The position numbers were made by a program, and so were the translations under genes. Positions 55,225-64,000 of a stretch of 64,000 bases of DNA are shown piece after piece. The DNA is taken from positions 416,001 to 480,000 of the forward strand of contig CAWGJT010000005.1 in assembly GCA_963822965.1 (NCBI GenBank). Reading direction: 5' to 3'. This DNA is from an uncultured delta proteobacterium (lineage in GTDB: Bacteria > Myxococcota_A > UBA9160 > UBA4427). How positions within the stretch are numbered: position 1 is the first letter of the stretch; every line of letters begins with the position of its first letter. Below the pieces are notes generated by a model, which was not told the DNA's origin, made no database searches, and was given only the letters and a program-made list of their open reading frames with translations.

Positions 55225-56007
55225 GTGGCGCTCGGACCCCAGAGCCTCGCCCTCGCCGGACGCACCGCCGTGGTGACCGGTGCCGCCATGGGCCTCGGTG
55301 CCGCCATCGCCCAGGCCTTCGCGCGTTGCGGCGCCGATCTCGAGCTTTGCGACCGCGAGCCCGCGGCCCTCGAGCACACCGCCACGGCCCTCGCCGGGCA
55401 CGGCGGGCGGGTCTCCACGGCCGTGCTCGACGTGCGCGACGGCGAGGCCGTGCAGGCGTTCTTCACGGCGGCCGCGGGTCGCGCGGGCACCCTGGACGTG
55501 CTCGTCAACAACGCCGGCGGGACGTTCGCTTGCCCGTTCGAGCGCCTCTCGCCCGGCGGCGAGCGGGCACTCGTCGACGAGAACTGGAGCAGCGTCACCC
55601 ACTGCCTGCGTGCGGCGCTGCCCCACCTGGCACCGGGCGCGTCGGTCATCAACGTGACGTCCATCGAGGCCCACCGGGCGGGACCCGGCTACGCGGTCTA
55701 CTCCGCCATGAAGGCGGCGGTCACGAGCCTGACCCGGAGCCTGGCTCTGGAGCTCGGCGGCCGGGGCATCCGGGTCAACTGCATCGCACCCGACGTGATC
55801 CCGACACCGGGGCTCCCGGGCCTGGAGTCGGCGCCGGTGACGACGCCTCTCGCACGGCGCGGCCACCCGGACGACGTGGCCGGAGCGGCGCTCTACCTGG
55901 CCACGGACCTCTCGCGCTTCGTGACGGGCACCACCCTGCACGTCGACGGTGGCAACGCCGCCGCCGGCGGCTGGAAGCGCCGGGACGACGGGAGCTTCCA
56001 GCCCTGA
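55225..56007 (+). CDS. Short-chain dehydrogenase/reductase
   Basis: VTGAAMGLG, VNNAG, YSAMK, IRVNCIAP, VDGG. Confidence 0.93.
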   Translation: MALGPQSLALAGRTAVVTGAAMGLGAAIAQAFARCGADLELCDREPAALEHTATALAGHGGRVSTAVLDVRDGEAVQAFFTAAAGRAGTLDVLVNNAGGTFACPFERLSPGGERALVDENWSSVTHCLRAALPHLAPGASVINVTSIEAHRAGPGYAVYSAMKAAVTSLTRSLALELGGRGIRVNCIAPDVIPTPGLPGLESAPVTTPLARRGHPDDVAGAALYLATDLSRFVTGTTLHVDGGNAAAGGWKRRDDGSFQP

Positions 56008-56037
56008 CGGCCGCGGGCGACGGCCCTCGGCGCCGGG

Positions 56038-58560
56038 CTACTCGGCCATCAGCACCGTGCGGTCGTAGGTCGCGAGATCCGGGAAGCTCGCGAAGGGATT
56101 CCCGAGGGCGGCGTCCCGGCCGGGCAGCGGCGTCGCGCCCGAGCGGGTGATCAGCTGGTCGAGCAGGGCCCGTAGCGCCTCGAGCGCCGAAGCCTTGTCG
56201 GGAACGATCCGGCGCGGATCGAAGGTGTCGCTGCGCAGGCGCACCACCTTGAGCGGCTCGTCCGGCACGGCGAGCCAGTTGAGCACCACATCCACCACCA
56301 GCACCGGCTTGTCTGCCAGCCCCTGGACCGCACCGGCCGCCACCGCCTCGATGCGCGCGTAGGGAAGCACCGTCTTGCTGCCGGCCTCGACCTCGATGGA
56401 GAGGCCCTCCTCGTCGAGAGAGACCGGCACGGCCGGGCGCGCACGCAGCGAGCGGCGGGTGTCCGGAAGGAGCGCCACGTCGTCGAAGTCTTCCGCGCTC
56501 TCGCCCGCCGGCTGCGGCTCTCCCGCCGGCTCTACGTCGTCGAGCTGCGGCTCCGTGTCGGGCAGCGGCGGGGTGCGCACCGCCGCGGAGGCCGCCGGCG
56601 ACGCGGCGCGGGAGCGGGGCTCCAGGGTCTCGGTGGTCTCGGACAAGTCCGCCGGCACCGCCGCGCTCGCTCCGGTCGTCGGGCCGAGATCGACGGCCGT
56701 GGGGACCGCATCCGTGGCCGACTCCTCCTCGTCCTGCAGGCCGCTCCAGTCGAATCCGGGTCCGTCGTCCTCGAGCTCGTGGGACAGGTCCTGCACCAGG
56801 CCGGGCTGGTTCCAGGTGCTCGGGTCCTCGGCGGCGAGGCTCTCCCCTTCGGCCAGCTCCTCGAACGCGTCGGCGGGGATCGCGTTGGGATCCTGGAAGG
56901 GGTCGGGCTCCGGCTCGGGCGCCGCGGCCGCAACCGGCTGGGGCGCCGCTGCCGCAACGGGGCGGGGCGATGCGGCCGGAGCCGGCTGGGGCGCCGCTGC
57001 CGGAGCCGGCTGAGGCGATGCGGCCCGCCGCGGTGACGCGGGCGGAGCCGTCCGGGCCGCCGACGCGGTGGGCGGGGGCGCGGCGCCCGCGGCCCGCGGG
57101 CCCCGGGTGTCCACCAGCGACTGGAGCTCGGATCGCTCGCGCTGGCCGAGCTGGTCGTCCGCCAGGCCGACGGACGCCGCGCGGCTGGCGAGATCGGGAT
57201 CGAGATCCCGGGTGCCCCGCACCACCCGCAGCGCCAGCGCCGAGGAGAGCGTGCGCGACCCATCCACCGCGCTCGCGAAGGCGTGGAGCGCCGCCTCGTG
57301 CTCTTCGCGCGCCAGCAGCGCTTCGCCGATGCGGACGAGCAGCGTTCCGTCCGCCGGCAGCTCGCTCACCTCGCTGGCCATCGCGGTCCACAGGTTGCAC
57401 GCGTCCTCGCGCCGGTTGCTGCGAAGCGCGTCCCGAACCGCACCGAGCATCGCCGGCAGCGCGCGCCGCGCCCGGTCGCTTCCGGTGGAGACCTGCCAGA
57501 GCGCGAGCGCCACGTCGTGGTTGCCGGGCGTGCGCCGCAGCTCGGGCTCGAGCAGCTCGAACGCACCCTCGGCGTTGCCGGTCTGCTGCTCCTGCAGCGC
57601 CTGGTCGAGCAGCGGGTTCGAGACCAGGTCCGGCGTGTCCCGCGATCCGATCGCGAGCTTCTCCTCCAGCCCCAGCACCCAGATCGCCACGGCGGCCGCC
57701 GCGCCGAACGCGAAGCTCACGCCGTGGACCACCACCGGCGCCGCGTCGAAGTGATCGAGGGGAAGGTCGCGCGCGAACAGATACTCCCAGGCGATCCAGG
57801 CGGGCAGCAGCAGCCAGCCGGGAATCGTGAAGCCCTTGAACGAGCGAACCAGATAGGCGCCCAGCAGCCCCGCGATGACGCCGCTGGCGCCCGACCACGG
57901 CACGCCCCGGTCGCCGTAGAGCGACTCGTGGGTCGTGGCGGTGACGATCGGAAGCAGGAAGCAGAATCCCCCGAAGAGGATCGAGCCCCAGGCACCTTCC
58001 AGGGTGATCGCGGTCAGGACGAAGAAGAGCATCGAGATGGCGAGGGCGACGAACGAGTCCTGCACCACCACGTGCAGGAACGTGTTCTGGATGGGGCTCG
58101 ACCCGTCCACCACGCCGAATCGCCAGCTGGGAAGCTGCTGCAGGCTCGCGAAGGCCTCGCGCTGGATCGCGTCGAAGCGCTTCTGGGTCTTCTCCTGCAT
58201 CCGCTGCGAGAGGATCGCGACCGAGCCCGCCTGCCGGCGCGCCTCGTGGTCCGCCCGCATCTGCTTCACCTGGTCCGCCCCGATCCACTGGGCGAGCAGA
58301 CCGCTGATCTCGACGTCGGGGTTGCGTTCGAAGTAGCTGCGCGCCGCGGCCATCTGGGGGCTGCGACTCACCTCGTCCCGGGCGTCGGGGCTGGACAGCA
58401 GGATGGCGGCGGATCCGAGCAGGAGGAGCGCGCTCGTCGCGTACGTCACCCACGGATGAATCCGAACGGTGTCACCCGTCGCCGGAGTCGTGTGCTCGTC
58501 CGCCAACCGACCTGATCTCCCCGCAGCACCGCGCAGTCTGCACGGGCGGAGCCCCGCCAC
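56038..58560 (-). CDS. Rhomboid-family intramembrane protease with long cytoplasmic extension (helical region, Pro/Ala- and acid-rich linker, C-terminal domain); start uncertain
   Basis: TFLH, TLEGAWG, WSGASGVIAGLLGAY, VHGVSFAFG; PAAAPQP repeats. Confidence 0.78.
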   Translation of the reverse strand: MAGLRPCRLRGAAGRSGRLADEHTTPATGDTVRIHPWVTYATSALLLLGSAAILLSSPDARDEVSRSPQMAAARSYFERNPDVEISGLLAQWIGADQVKQMRADHEARRQAGSVAILSQRMQEKTQKRFDAIQREAFASLQQLPSWRFGVVDGSSPIQNTFLHVVVQDSFVALAISMLFFVLTAITLEGAWGSILFGGFCFLLPIVTATTHESLYGDRGVPWSGASGVIAGLLGAYLVRSFKGFTIPGWLLLPAWIAWEYLFARDLPLDHFDAAPVVVHGVSFAFGAAAAVAIWVLGLEEKLAIGSRDTPDLVSNPLLDQALQEQQTGNAEGAFELLEPELRRTPGNHDVALALWQVSTGSDRARRALPAMLGAVRDALRSNRREDACNLWTAMASEVSELPADGTLLVRIGEALLAREEHEAALHAFASAVDGSRTLSSALALRVVRGTRDLDPDLASRAASVGLADDQLGQRERSELQSLVDTRGPRAAGAAPPPTASAARTAPPASPRRAASPQPAPAAAPQPAPAASPRPVAAAAPQPVAAAAPEPEPDPFQDPNAIPADAFEELAEGESLAAEDPSTWNQPGLVQDLSHELEDDGPGFDWSGLQDEEESATDAVPTAVDLGPTTGASAAVPADLSETTETLEPRSRAASPAASAAVRTPPLPDTEPQLDDVEPAGEPQPAGESAEDFDDVALLPDTRRSLRARPAVPVSLDEEGLSIEVEAGSKTVLPYARIEAVAAGAVQGLADKPVLVVDVVLNWLAVPDEPLKVVRLRSDTFDPRRIVPDKASALEALRALLDQLITRSGATPLPGRDAALGNPFASFPDLATYDRTVLMAE

Positions 58561-58691
58561 GGTCCCGTCGCGGACCCCGGGCCGGCCTCGTACGCTATGT
58601 ACGGATGGAACGACCCGTGGCTAAAGGGGAAAAGTGCCAATTGGATACAGGAAGCCCGGCGCGCGCCCGAGGCACGTACGCACGACCCGGA

Positions 58692-60755
58692 ATGCCCCGC
58701 TTGCCCCGCGGGACCAGCGGCCTCCGCCGGGCGGCGATCCGGCTGCTGGCCGCCGGGCTCACCGCCTGGGGGAGCCTCGCGTGCGACGAAGCGGCGCCGC
58801 CGCCGGCACCCGCGGCCTCGAGCGCACCCGCCAGCGACACCCGGGCGGGCCTGCCGCCCCGGGGTCCCTTCTCGGCGGACGCGAGCCCCGACGTCGCCGA
58901 ATCCCTGCGCCTCGACCTCGAAGCTCCCCGTCACGCCGCGGACGGCGGCGGCCGGGCGTGGCTCGAGGCCGCGGAACGGCTGGAGCCGGACGGCTCCGCG
59001 CCGGCGGCCCCGCGCGACAGCGCGGGGGCGCCCGTGTTCACCGTGGGATCCCGGGGCCGCTTCCACCTCGTCTACGAGGTCGGTCCCGAGGGCGTCGCCG
59101 TGGGGGGCATGGTGTTCCTGCAGGTGTCGCCCTTCTGGGACTGGGACGATCCCCAGACCGCCTTCGAGGAAGGTCCGGGATACACCACCGTGCGTACCGA
59201 GGCCAAAGGCGTCGACGTCGATGCCTTCCAGGCCGCGTCGCAGCTGCTGGCCATCGAGATCGGGGGCCGCGCGCTGGCCCCCGGCGAGCGGCTCGAGATC
59301 GTCTACGGCGCCGGGCCGGCCGGTGCCCGGGTCGACCGCTATGCAGAGCGACGCGCGCGGCTGTGGTTCGCCGTCGACGGCGACGGCGACGGGATCCGCG
59401 CGGTCCTCCCCGAGTCCCCGACGGTGACCGTCGAGGCGGCGGGTCCGGCGCAGCTGGTGGTGACCCTGCCGACCACGGCCGAGCCGGGACGGGACGTGCG
59501 GGTGAACCTCGCGGTGGTCGACGCCGCCGGCAACGCGGGCTTTCCCTGGGAAGGCGAGATCGCCCTGGAGGCCGACGAGGGCCTGACGGTCCCCGAACGG
59601 GTGCAGCTCGTCGCCGCCGATCGCGGTCGCACCACGGTCCCGGCGCGGGTGCAGCAGCCGGGCACGTATCGGCTGCACGCCCGGATCGAGACCGGGGGCG
59701 GCCCGGCGGACTTCGAGTCGAACCCGCTCGTCGTGCGGGAGGGCATCCGCAACGTCCTGTGGGGCGACCTGCACGGACACTCCCAGCTGTCCGACGGCAC
59801 CGGAACACCCGACGACTACTACGACTACGCGCGGAACGTGGCCGCTCTCGACGTCTCCGCTCTGACCGACCACGACCACTGGGGCATGCGCTTCCTCGAC
59901 GCCCACCCCGAGATGTGGGACGAGATCCGTGCCGCCGTCGAGCGCTGGAACGAGCCCGGACGCTTCGTGACCCTGCTCGGCTACGAGTGGACGAGCTGGC
60001 TGCAGGGCCACCGTCACGTGCTCTACTTCCAGGACGAGGGAGAGGTGCTGAGCTCCCTCGATCCGCGCTACGAGACCCCCGACCAGCTCTGGGCCGCGCT
60101 GCGGGGCCAGCCCGTGCTCACGTTCGCGCACCACTCGGCGGGAGGGCCGATCGCGACGAACTGGACCTGGGCGCCGCCCCCCGATCTCGAGCCGCTGACC
60201 GAGATCGTCTCGGTGCACGGCAGCAGCGAGGCGCCCGACGCGCCCTCCCCGATCTACCGGCCGGTGCCGGGCAACTTCGTCCGCAACGCGCTGCAGCTCG
60301 GATACCGCTTCGGCTTCATCGGGAGCGGCGACAGCCACGACGGCCACCCGGGGCTGGCCGGTATCGCCGCCGGCGGTACTGCAGGGCTGGCGGCCATCTT
60401 CGCCGACACGCCCACGCGCGAGGCCGTGCTCGCCGCCCTGCGGGCTCGCGCCACCTACGCGACCAACGGGCCGCGCATCCACCTCGAGGTGTCCCTCGAT
60501 CCGCCGGACGAGGAGCGGACGAGCCGCCTCCACTATCGCATCGCCGCTACCGCCCCGGTCGAGCGTATCGACTTCATCCGGAGCGGCCTCACGGCCAGCG
60601 TGCCGGGCGAAGGCGAGCGCGACCTCGAAGGCGAGCGACAGGTCCCGCCCCTGGCTCCGGGCGAGTACCTCTATCTGCGCGTGGTGCAGCAGGATGGGGG
60701 CGCGGCCTGGTCGAGTCCGTTCTACGGGCGCGAGGATCCCGCGGCCGGGCGCTGA
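58692..60755 (+). CDS. CehA/McbA (DUF3604, PHP-like) metallohydrolase lipoprotein
   Basis: SLAC lipobox, WGDLHGHS, TDHD, LGYEWT, GSGDSHDGHPG, YATNG, AWSSP. Confidence 0.85.
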   Translation: MPRLPRGTSGLRRAAIRLLAAGLTAWGSLACDEAAPPPAPAASSAPASDTRAGLPPRGPFSADASPDVAESLRLDLEAPRHAADGGGRAWLEAAERLEPDGSAPAAPRDSAGAPVFTVGSRGRFHLVYEVGPEGVAVGGMVFLQVSPFWDWDDPQTAFEEGPGYTTVRTEAKGVDVDAFQAASQLLAIEIGGRALAPGERLEIVYGAGPAGARVDRYAERRARLWFAVDGDGDGIRAVLPESPTVTVEAAGPAQLVVTLPTTAEPGRDVRVNLAVVDAAGNAGFPWEGEIALEADEGLTVPERVQLVAADRGRTTVPARVQQPGTYRLHARIETGGGPADFESNPLVVREGIRNVLWGDLHGHSQLSDGTGTPDDYYDYARNVAALDVSALTDHDHWGMRFLDAHPEMWDEIRAAVERWNEPGRFVTLLGYEWTSWLQGHRHVLYFQDEGEVLSSLDPRYETPDQLWAALRGQPVLTFAHHSAGGPIATNWTWAPPPDLEPLTEIVSVHGSSEAPDAPSPIYRPVPGNFVRNALQLGYRFGFIGSGDSHDGHPGLAGIAAGGTAGLAAIFADTPTREAVLAALRARATYATNGPRIHLEVSLDPPDEERTSRLHYRIAATAPVERIDFIRSGLTASVPGEGERDLEGERQVPPLAPGEYLYLRVVQQDGGAAWSSPFYGREDPAAGR

Positions 60756-60780
60756 GGGGGACGCTGGTAGACTCGGGCCC

Positions 60781-61347
60781 ATGCCGCCGGCACGCCCGCA
60801 CGTCCTGGGAATCGACGACGGCCCCTTCCAGAAGGGGCAGCACCACCCCGTGCCCCTCGTGGCCGTGATGATGGAGGGCGCGAGCGTCGTCGAGTCCGTG
60901 GCCGTCGGCAGCTTCCCCGTGGACGGTGACGACGTCACCGACTACCTGGCGGGCTGGATCCGGGAGCTGCGTCCCTTCCCCGCTCTGCAGGCGGTGCTGC
61001 TCGGGGGCATCACCATCGCCGGCCTCGCCGTGGTCGACGCGACGAGCCTGGCCCGGCGGCTCGACCTGCCCGTCATCGTCGTGACCCGGCGGGACCCCGC
61101 GAAGAGTCGGGTCGGCGAAGCCCTCAGCGCCGCGGGATGCCCCGAGCGGCTCGCCATCGTGGACCGCACCCCGCCCGCGGTCCGCTGCGAGGAAGGTCTG
61201 TTCGTGGCGGCCGCCGGGGTCGCCGCGGCCCACGCCCAGGCGATCGTCCGCGCCACCCTGGGCAAGGCCTTCGTGCCGGAGCCCCTGCGAATCGCCCACC
61301 TGATGGCACGCGCCATGGTGGACGGCGAGTCGCGGGGCCGGGCGTGA
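60781..61347 (+). CDS. DUF99 / endonuclease V-like (endonuclease dU) protein
   Basis: VLGIDDGPF, VDGDDVT, LLGGITIAGLAVVD, LPVIVV, VPEPLRIAHLMA. Confidence 0.85.
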   Translation: MPPARPHVLGIDDGPFQKGQHHPVPLVAVMMEGASVVESVAVGSFPVDGDDVTDYLAGWIRELRPFPALQAVLLGGITIAGLAVVDATSLARRLDLPVIVVTRRDPAKSRVGEALSAAGCPERLAIVDRTPPAVRCEEGLFVAAAGVAAAHAQAIVRATLGKAFVPEPLRIAHLMARAMVDGESRGRA

Positions 61348-62237
61348 GGACCGGCGTGCGAGCCGAGAGCCGCATCCCGCCGCGCCACTGGATCGCGGGC
61401 GCGCTCGTCGCACTGACCCTGCACGTCGGACTGCTGCTGACGCTCGGTCCGGGACTGCACGTGCTGAGCAGCCCCGCCGGCTCCCGGGCAGGTGGACCGG
61501 CGGGGCTCCGGATCTCTCTCGAGGACGCGTTCGGCGCACCCTCGCCCCGGCACCGGGCGCACGACCCCTCGAAGGACGACGCGCCCACCGGGACGCCGGC
61601 GCGCGTCGCCTCCCCGGCTCCTCCGGCTCGGGCCGCGGCGCTCGACCGGGCCCCGGCGCCCCCCGCACCGCGGCGGGAGGCCCCACTCGCCGCGGCCCCG
61701 GCGATCCCGGTCGACGTCGACACCACGACGAGTCGGCCGGCCCCGCCGACGACCGTGCCACCGGCCCGGGCCGGCGAGGCGGCGAGCGTCGCCGGGTCGC
61801 CGCCTGAACGCACCGCGGAGACGAGCGAATCCGAGGGGCCGGACGTCGCCGCGGGACCGGCTCTGGCGGCGCTCGGGGCCGGGTCGGGGGCCGGGGCCGC
61901 AGGCTCCGGGGCTTCCGATGCAGTGGGCACCGGCGCCGGCGGAGCGGCTCGCGACGACTACTTCGACGCTCTCTTCGCGCGGGTCGTCTCGACGCTCGAG
62001 TACCCGCGCCGCGCCCGGCTCGAGGGGATCGAGGGCACCGTCGTCCTCCGGCTGCGACTCGACCGCGACGGCCGGATCGACGGCATGGAGGTCGCCGAGT
62101 CCTCGGGCTCGCCGCTGCTCGACCGGCAGGCGATGCGCATCGTGCGGCGCGCCGCCCCCTTCGGCTCGCCGCCGCCGAGCCTCGCCGACGCCTCCCTCTC
62201 GTTCGAGCTGCCCCTCGAGTTCGCGCTCACCGACTGA
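61344..62237 (+). CDS. tonB: TonB-family energy transducer
   Basis: N-terminal TM with His (ALTLH), Pro/Ala/Gly linker, YPRRARLEGIEGTV, SSGSPLLDRQA. Confidence 0.88.
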   Translation: MRTGVRAESRIPPRHWIAGALVALTLHVGLLLTLGPGLHVLSSPAGSRAGGPAGLRISLEDAFGAPSPRHRAHDPSKDDAPTGTPARVASPAPPARAAALDRAPAPPAPRREAPLAAAPAIPVDVDTTTSRPAPPTTVPPARAGEAASVAGSPPERTAETSESEGPDVAAGPALAALGAGSGAGAAGSGASDAVGTGAGGAARDDYFDALFARVVSTLEYPRRARLEGIEGTVVLRLRLDRDGRIDGMEVAESSGSPLLDRQAMRIVRRAAPFGSPPPSLADASLSFELPLEFALTD

Positions 62238-62290
62238 ACGTAGCGACCGAACGCACGACCGGAGAAGGCACCCTGGGCTATAACCGCCCC

Positions 62291-62710
62291 GTGGCATCCA
62301 TCCGCGTCTTCCAGGCCTCCGACGAGCCCCAGATCGCTGCGCTGTGGGAGGCGTGCGGCCTGGTGGTGCCCTGGAACGTGCCCCACCTCGACATCGCCCG
62401 GAAGACGGAGTTCCAGCCCGATCTCTTCTTCGTCGGCGAGGTCGAGAGGCGCATCGTCTCCTCGGTGATGGCGGGCTACGAGGGCCACCGGGGCTGGATC
62501 AACTACCTGGCCGTCGATCCCGCCTGGCGCGGGAAGGGGCTGGGACGCCAGCTGATGGCGTTCGTCGAGGCGCGCCTGCGCGACCTCGGCTGTCCCAAGA
62601 TCAACCTGCAGGTGCGCGGCACGAACCGCGAGGTGCTCGCCTTCTACGAGAGGCTCGGCTACCGCGTGGACGACACCGTGAGCCTCGGCAAGCGCCTGGA
62701 CGGGCGCTGA
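62291..62710 (+). CDS. GNAT acetyltransferase (YpeA-like)
   Basis: VMAGYEGHRGWINYLAV, GCPKINLQVR, FYERLGY, SLGKRL. Confidence 0.92.
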   Translation: MASIRVFQASDEPQIAALWEACGLVVPWNVPHLDIARKTEFQPDLFFVGEVERRIVSSVMAGYEGHRGWINYLAVDPAWRGKGLGRQLMAFVEARLRDLGCPKINLQVRGTNREVLAFYERLGYRVDDTVSLGKRLDGR

Positions 62711-62719
62711 CCCGCCCTC

Positions 62720-63022
62720 TCAGCGGCCCGCGCTCGGAGTCCCATCGCGCGGACAGCCCGAATCCGACGGCGCGCAGCCCCAGGCGCCGCGTGCGTCCTG
62801 CTCGTAGCGCTCGGTGCGGGCGGCCAGCTCGGCCTCGAGCGCCGCGCACCTCTCCCTCGCGTCCACGGGATGCGCGTCCACGCACGCCTGGTAGGCGGCG
62901 CGCGCCTCCTGCATCTCGAGCCCCTGGTCGAGGACGCATCCGGCGACCGGGAACGACGCCGCGATCGCGAGCGACACCGCGATCGCAAGCACCGGCAGCC
63001 GGGTGCGGTCAGAACTCCGCAT
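62720..63022 (-). CDS. Small hypothetical lipoprotein; start uncertain
   Basis: Hydrophobic leader ending VAGC; Cys pairs. Confidence 0.55.
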   Translation of the reverse strand: MRSSDRTRLPVLAIAVSLAIAASFPVAGCVLDQGLEMQEARAAYQACVDAHPVDARERCAALEAELAARTERYEQDARGAWGCAPSDSGCPRDGTPSAGR

Positions 63023-64000
63023 GGCCCGGAACCCGAGGAAAGGGCGCCACGTCGCGGATGTTCTCCATGCCGGTCATGAACTGCACGAGCCGCTCGAAGC
63101 CCAGCCCGAAGCCCGCGTGGGGCACCGTCCCGTAGCGGCGCAGGTCCAGGTACCACGCGTAGGGCTCGCGATCGAGCCCGTGCTCGTCGATGCGCCGCAG
63201 GAGCGTGTCGTGCCGGTGCTCGCGTTGGGACCCACCGATGATCTCGCCCACCTTCGGCACGAGCACGTCCAGCGCGGCCACCGTGCGGTCGTCGTCGTTC
63301 GCGTACATGTAGAAGGCCTTGATGTCCTTCGGATAGTCCACGACCACCACGGGCGCGCCGATGTGCTCCTCGGCCAGGTAGCGCTCGTGCTCGCTCTGCA
63401 GGTCGGCGCCCCAGCGCACGGGAAACTCGAAGGACCGGCTGGCGCTCTCGAGGATCTTCACCGCCTCGGTGTAGGTGACGCGCTCGAAGGGGGTCTCGAC
63501 CACGTGACGCAGGCTCGCGAGCACCGTGTCGTCGATGCGCGCGTTGAAGAAGTCCATGTCGTCGGGACAGCTCTCGAGCACCCCGCGGAAGACCGCTTTC
63601 AGGAACTCCTCGGCGAGGTCGGCGAGCCCGGCCAGGTCGCAGAACGCCACCTCGGGCTCCACCATCCAGAACTCCGCCAGGTGTCGGCTCGTGTGCGAGT
63701 TCTCGGCGCGGAAGGTGGGACCGAAGGTGTAGACCTTCGAGAGCGCGAGCGCGCCGATCTCCGCCTCGAGCTGCCCCGAGACCGTGAGGAAGGCGGGGCC
63801 GCCGAAGAAGTCCTGGGCGTGGTCGACGCGGCCCTGGGCGTCCCGCGGCGGGCGGTCGGGATCCAGGGTCGTCACCCGGAACATCTCACCGGCGCCCTCG
63901 GCGTCCAAACGCGTGATGATGGGCGAGTGCAGGTGCACGAAGCCGCGCTCCTGGAAGAAGGCGTGGATGGCCCGGGAGGCGGCGTTGCGCACGCGCAGCA
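63009..64000 (-). CDS. asnS: Asparagine--tRNA ligase (5' part outside the window)
   Basis: [68 protein letters not shown]. Confidence 0.97.
   Translation of the reverse strand, partial: LRVRNAASRAIHAFFQERGFVHLHSPIITRLDAEGAGEMFRVTTLDPDRPPRDAQGRVDHAQDFFGGPAFLTVSGQLEAEIGALALSKVYTFGPTFRAENSHTSRHLAEFWMVEPEVAFCDLAGLADLAEEFLKAVFRGVLESCPDDMDFFNARIDDTVLASLRHVVETPFERVTYTEAVKILESASRSFEFPVRWGADLQSEHERYLAEEHIGAPVVVVDYPKDIKAFYMYANDDDRTVAALDVLVPKVGEIIGGSQREHRHDTLLRRIDEHGLDREPYAWYLDLRRYGTVPHAGFGLGFERLVQFMTGMENIRDVAPFPRVPGHAEF

Overview
Very GC-rich (roughly 70%, estimated by eye) chromosomal segment of a Gram-negative bacterium. lpxD, TonB, dapL and an LLM/F420-type oxidoreductase are consistent with a Myxococcota/deltaproteobacterial-type lineage, but this is inference. 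It holds about 50 genes, mostly housekeeping and catabolic, and no rRNA, tRNA, CRISPR array or transposase was seen. Many genes, including normally essential ones, are broken by single-base frameshifts that cluster regionally, most likely long-read consensus errors. Highlights: (1) a sigma54-promoted operon rtcB - archease - CBS/DksA-C4 fusion - HPF/cold-shock fusion - archaeal-type SAM synthetase - AmmeMemoRadiSam radical SAM enzyme, convergent with a class II RNR, which parallels part of the mycobacterial DosR dormancy gene set and is a candidate RNA-repair/hibernation system; (2) three 160-180 bp hairpin MITE-like elements with different termini but a shared core, sitting at or next to stop codons; (3) a pentaheme cytochrome / monoheme protein / PQQ quinohemoprotein operon; (4) a recurring leaderless-promoter signature; (5) tandem duplications of the stop-codon region at both ends of an ArsR module.
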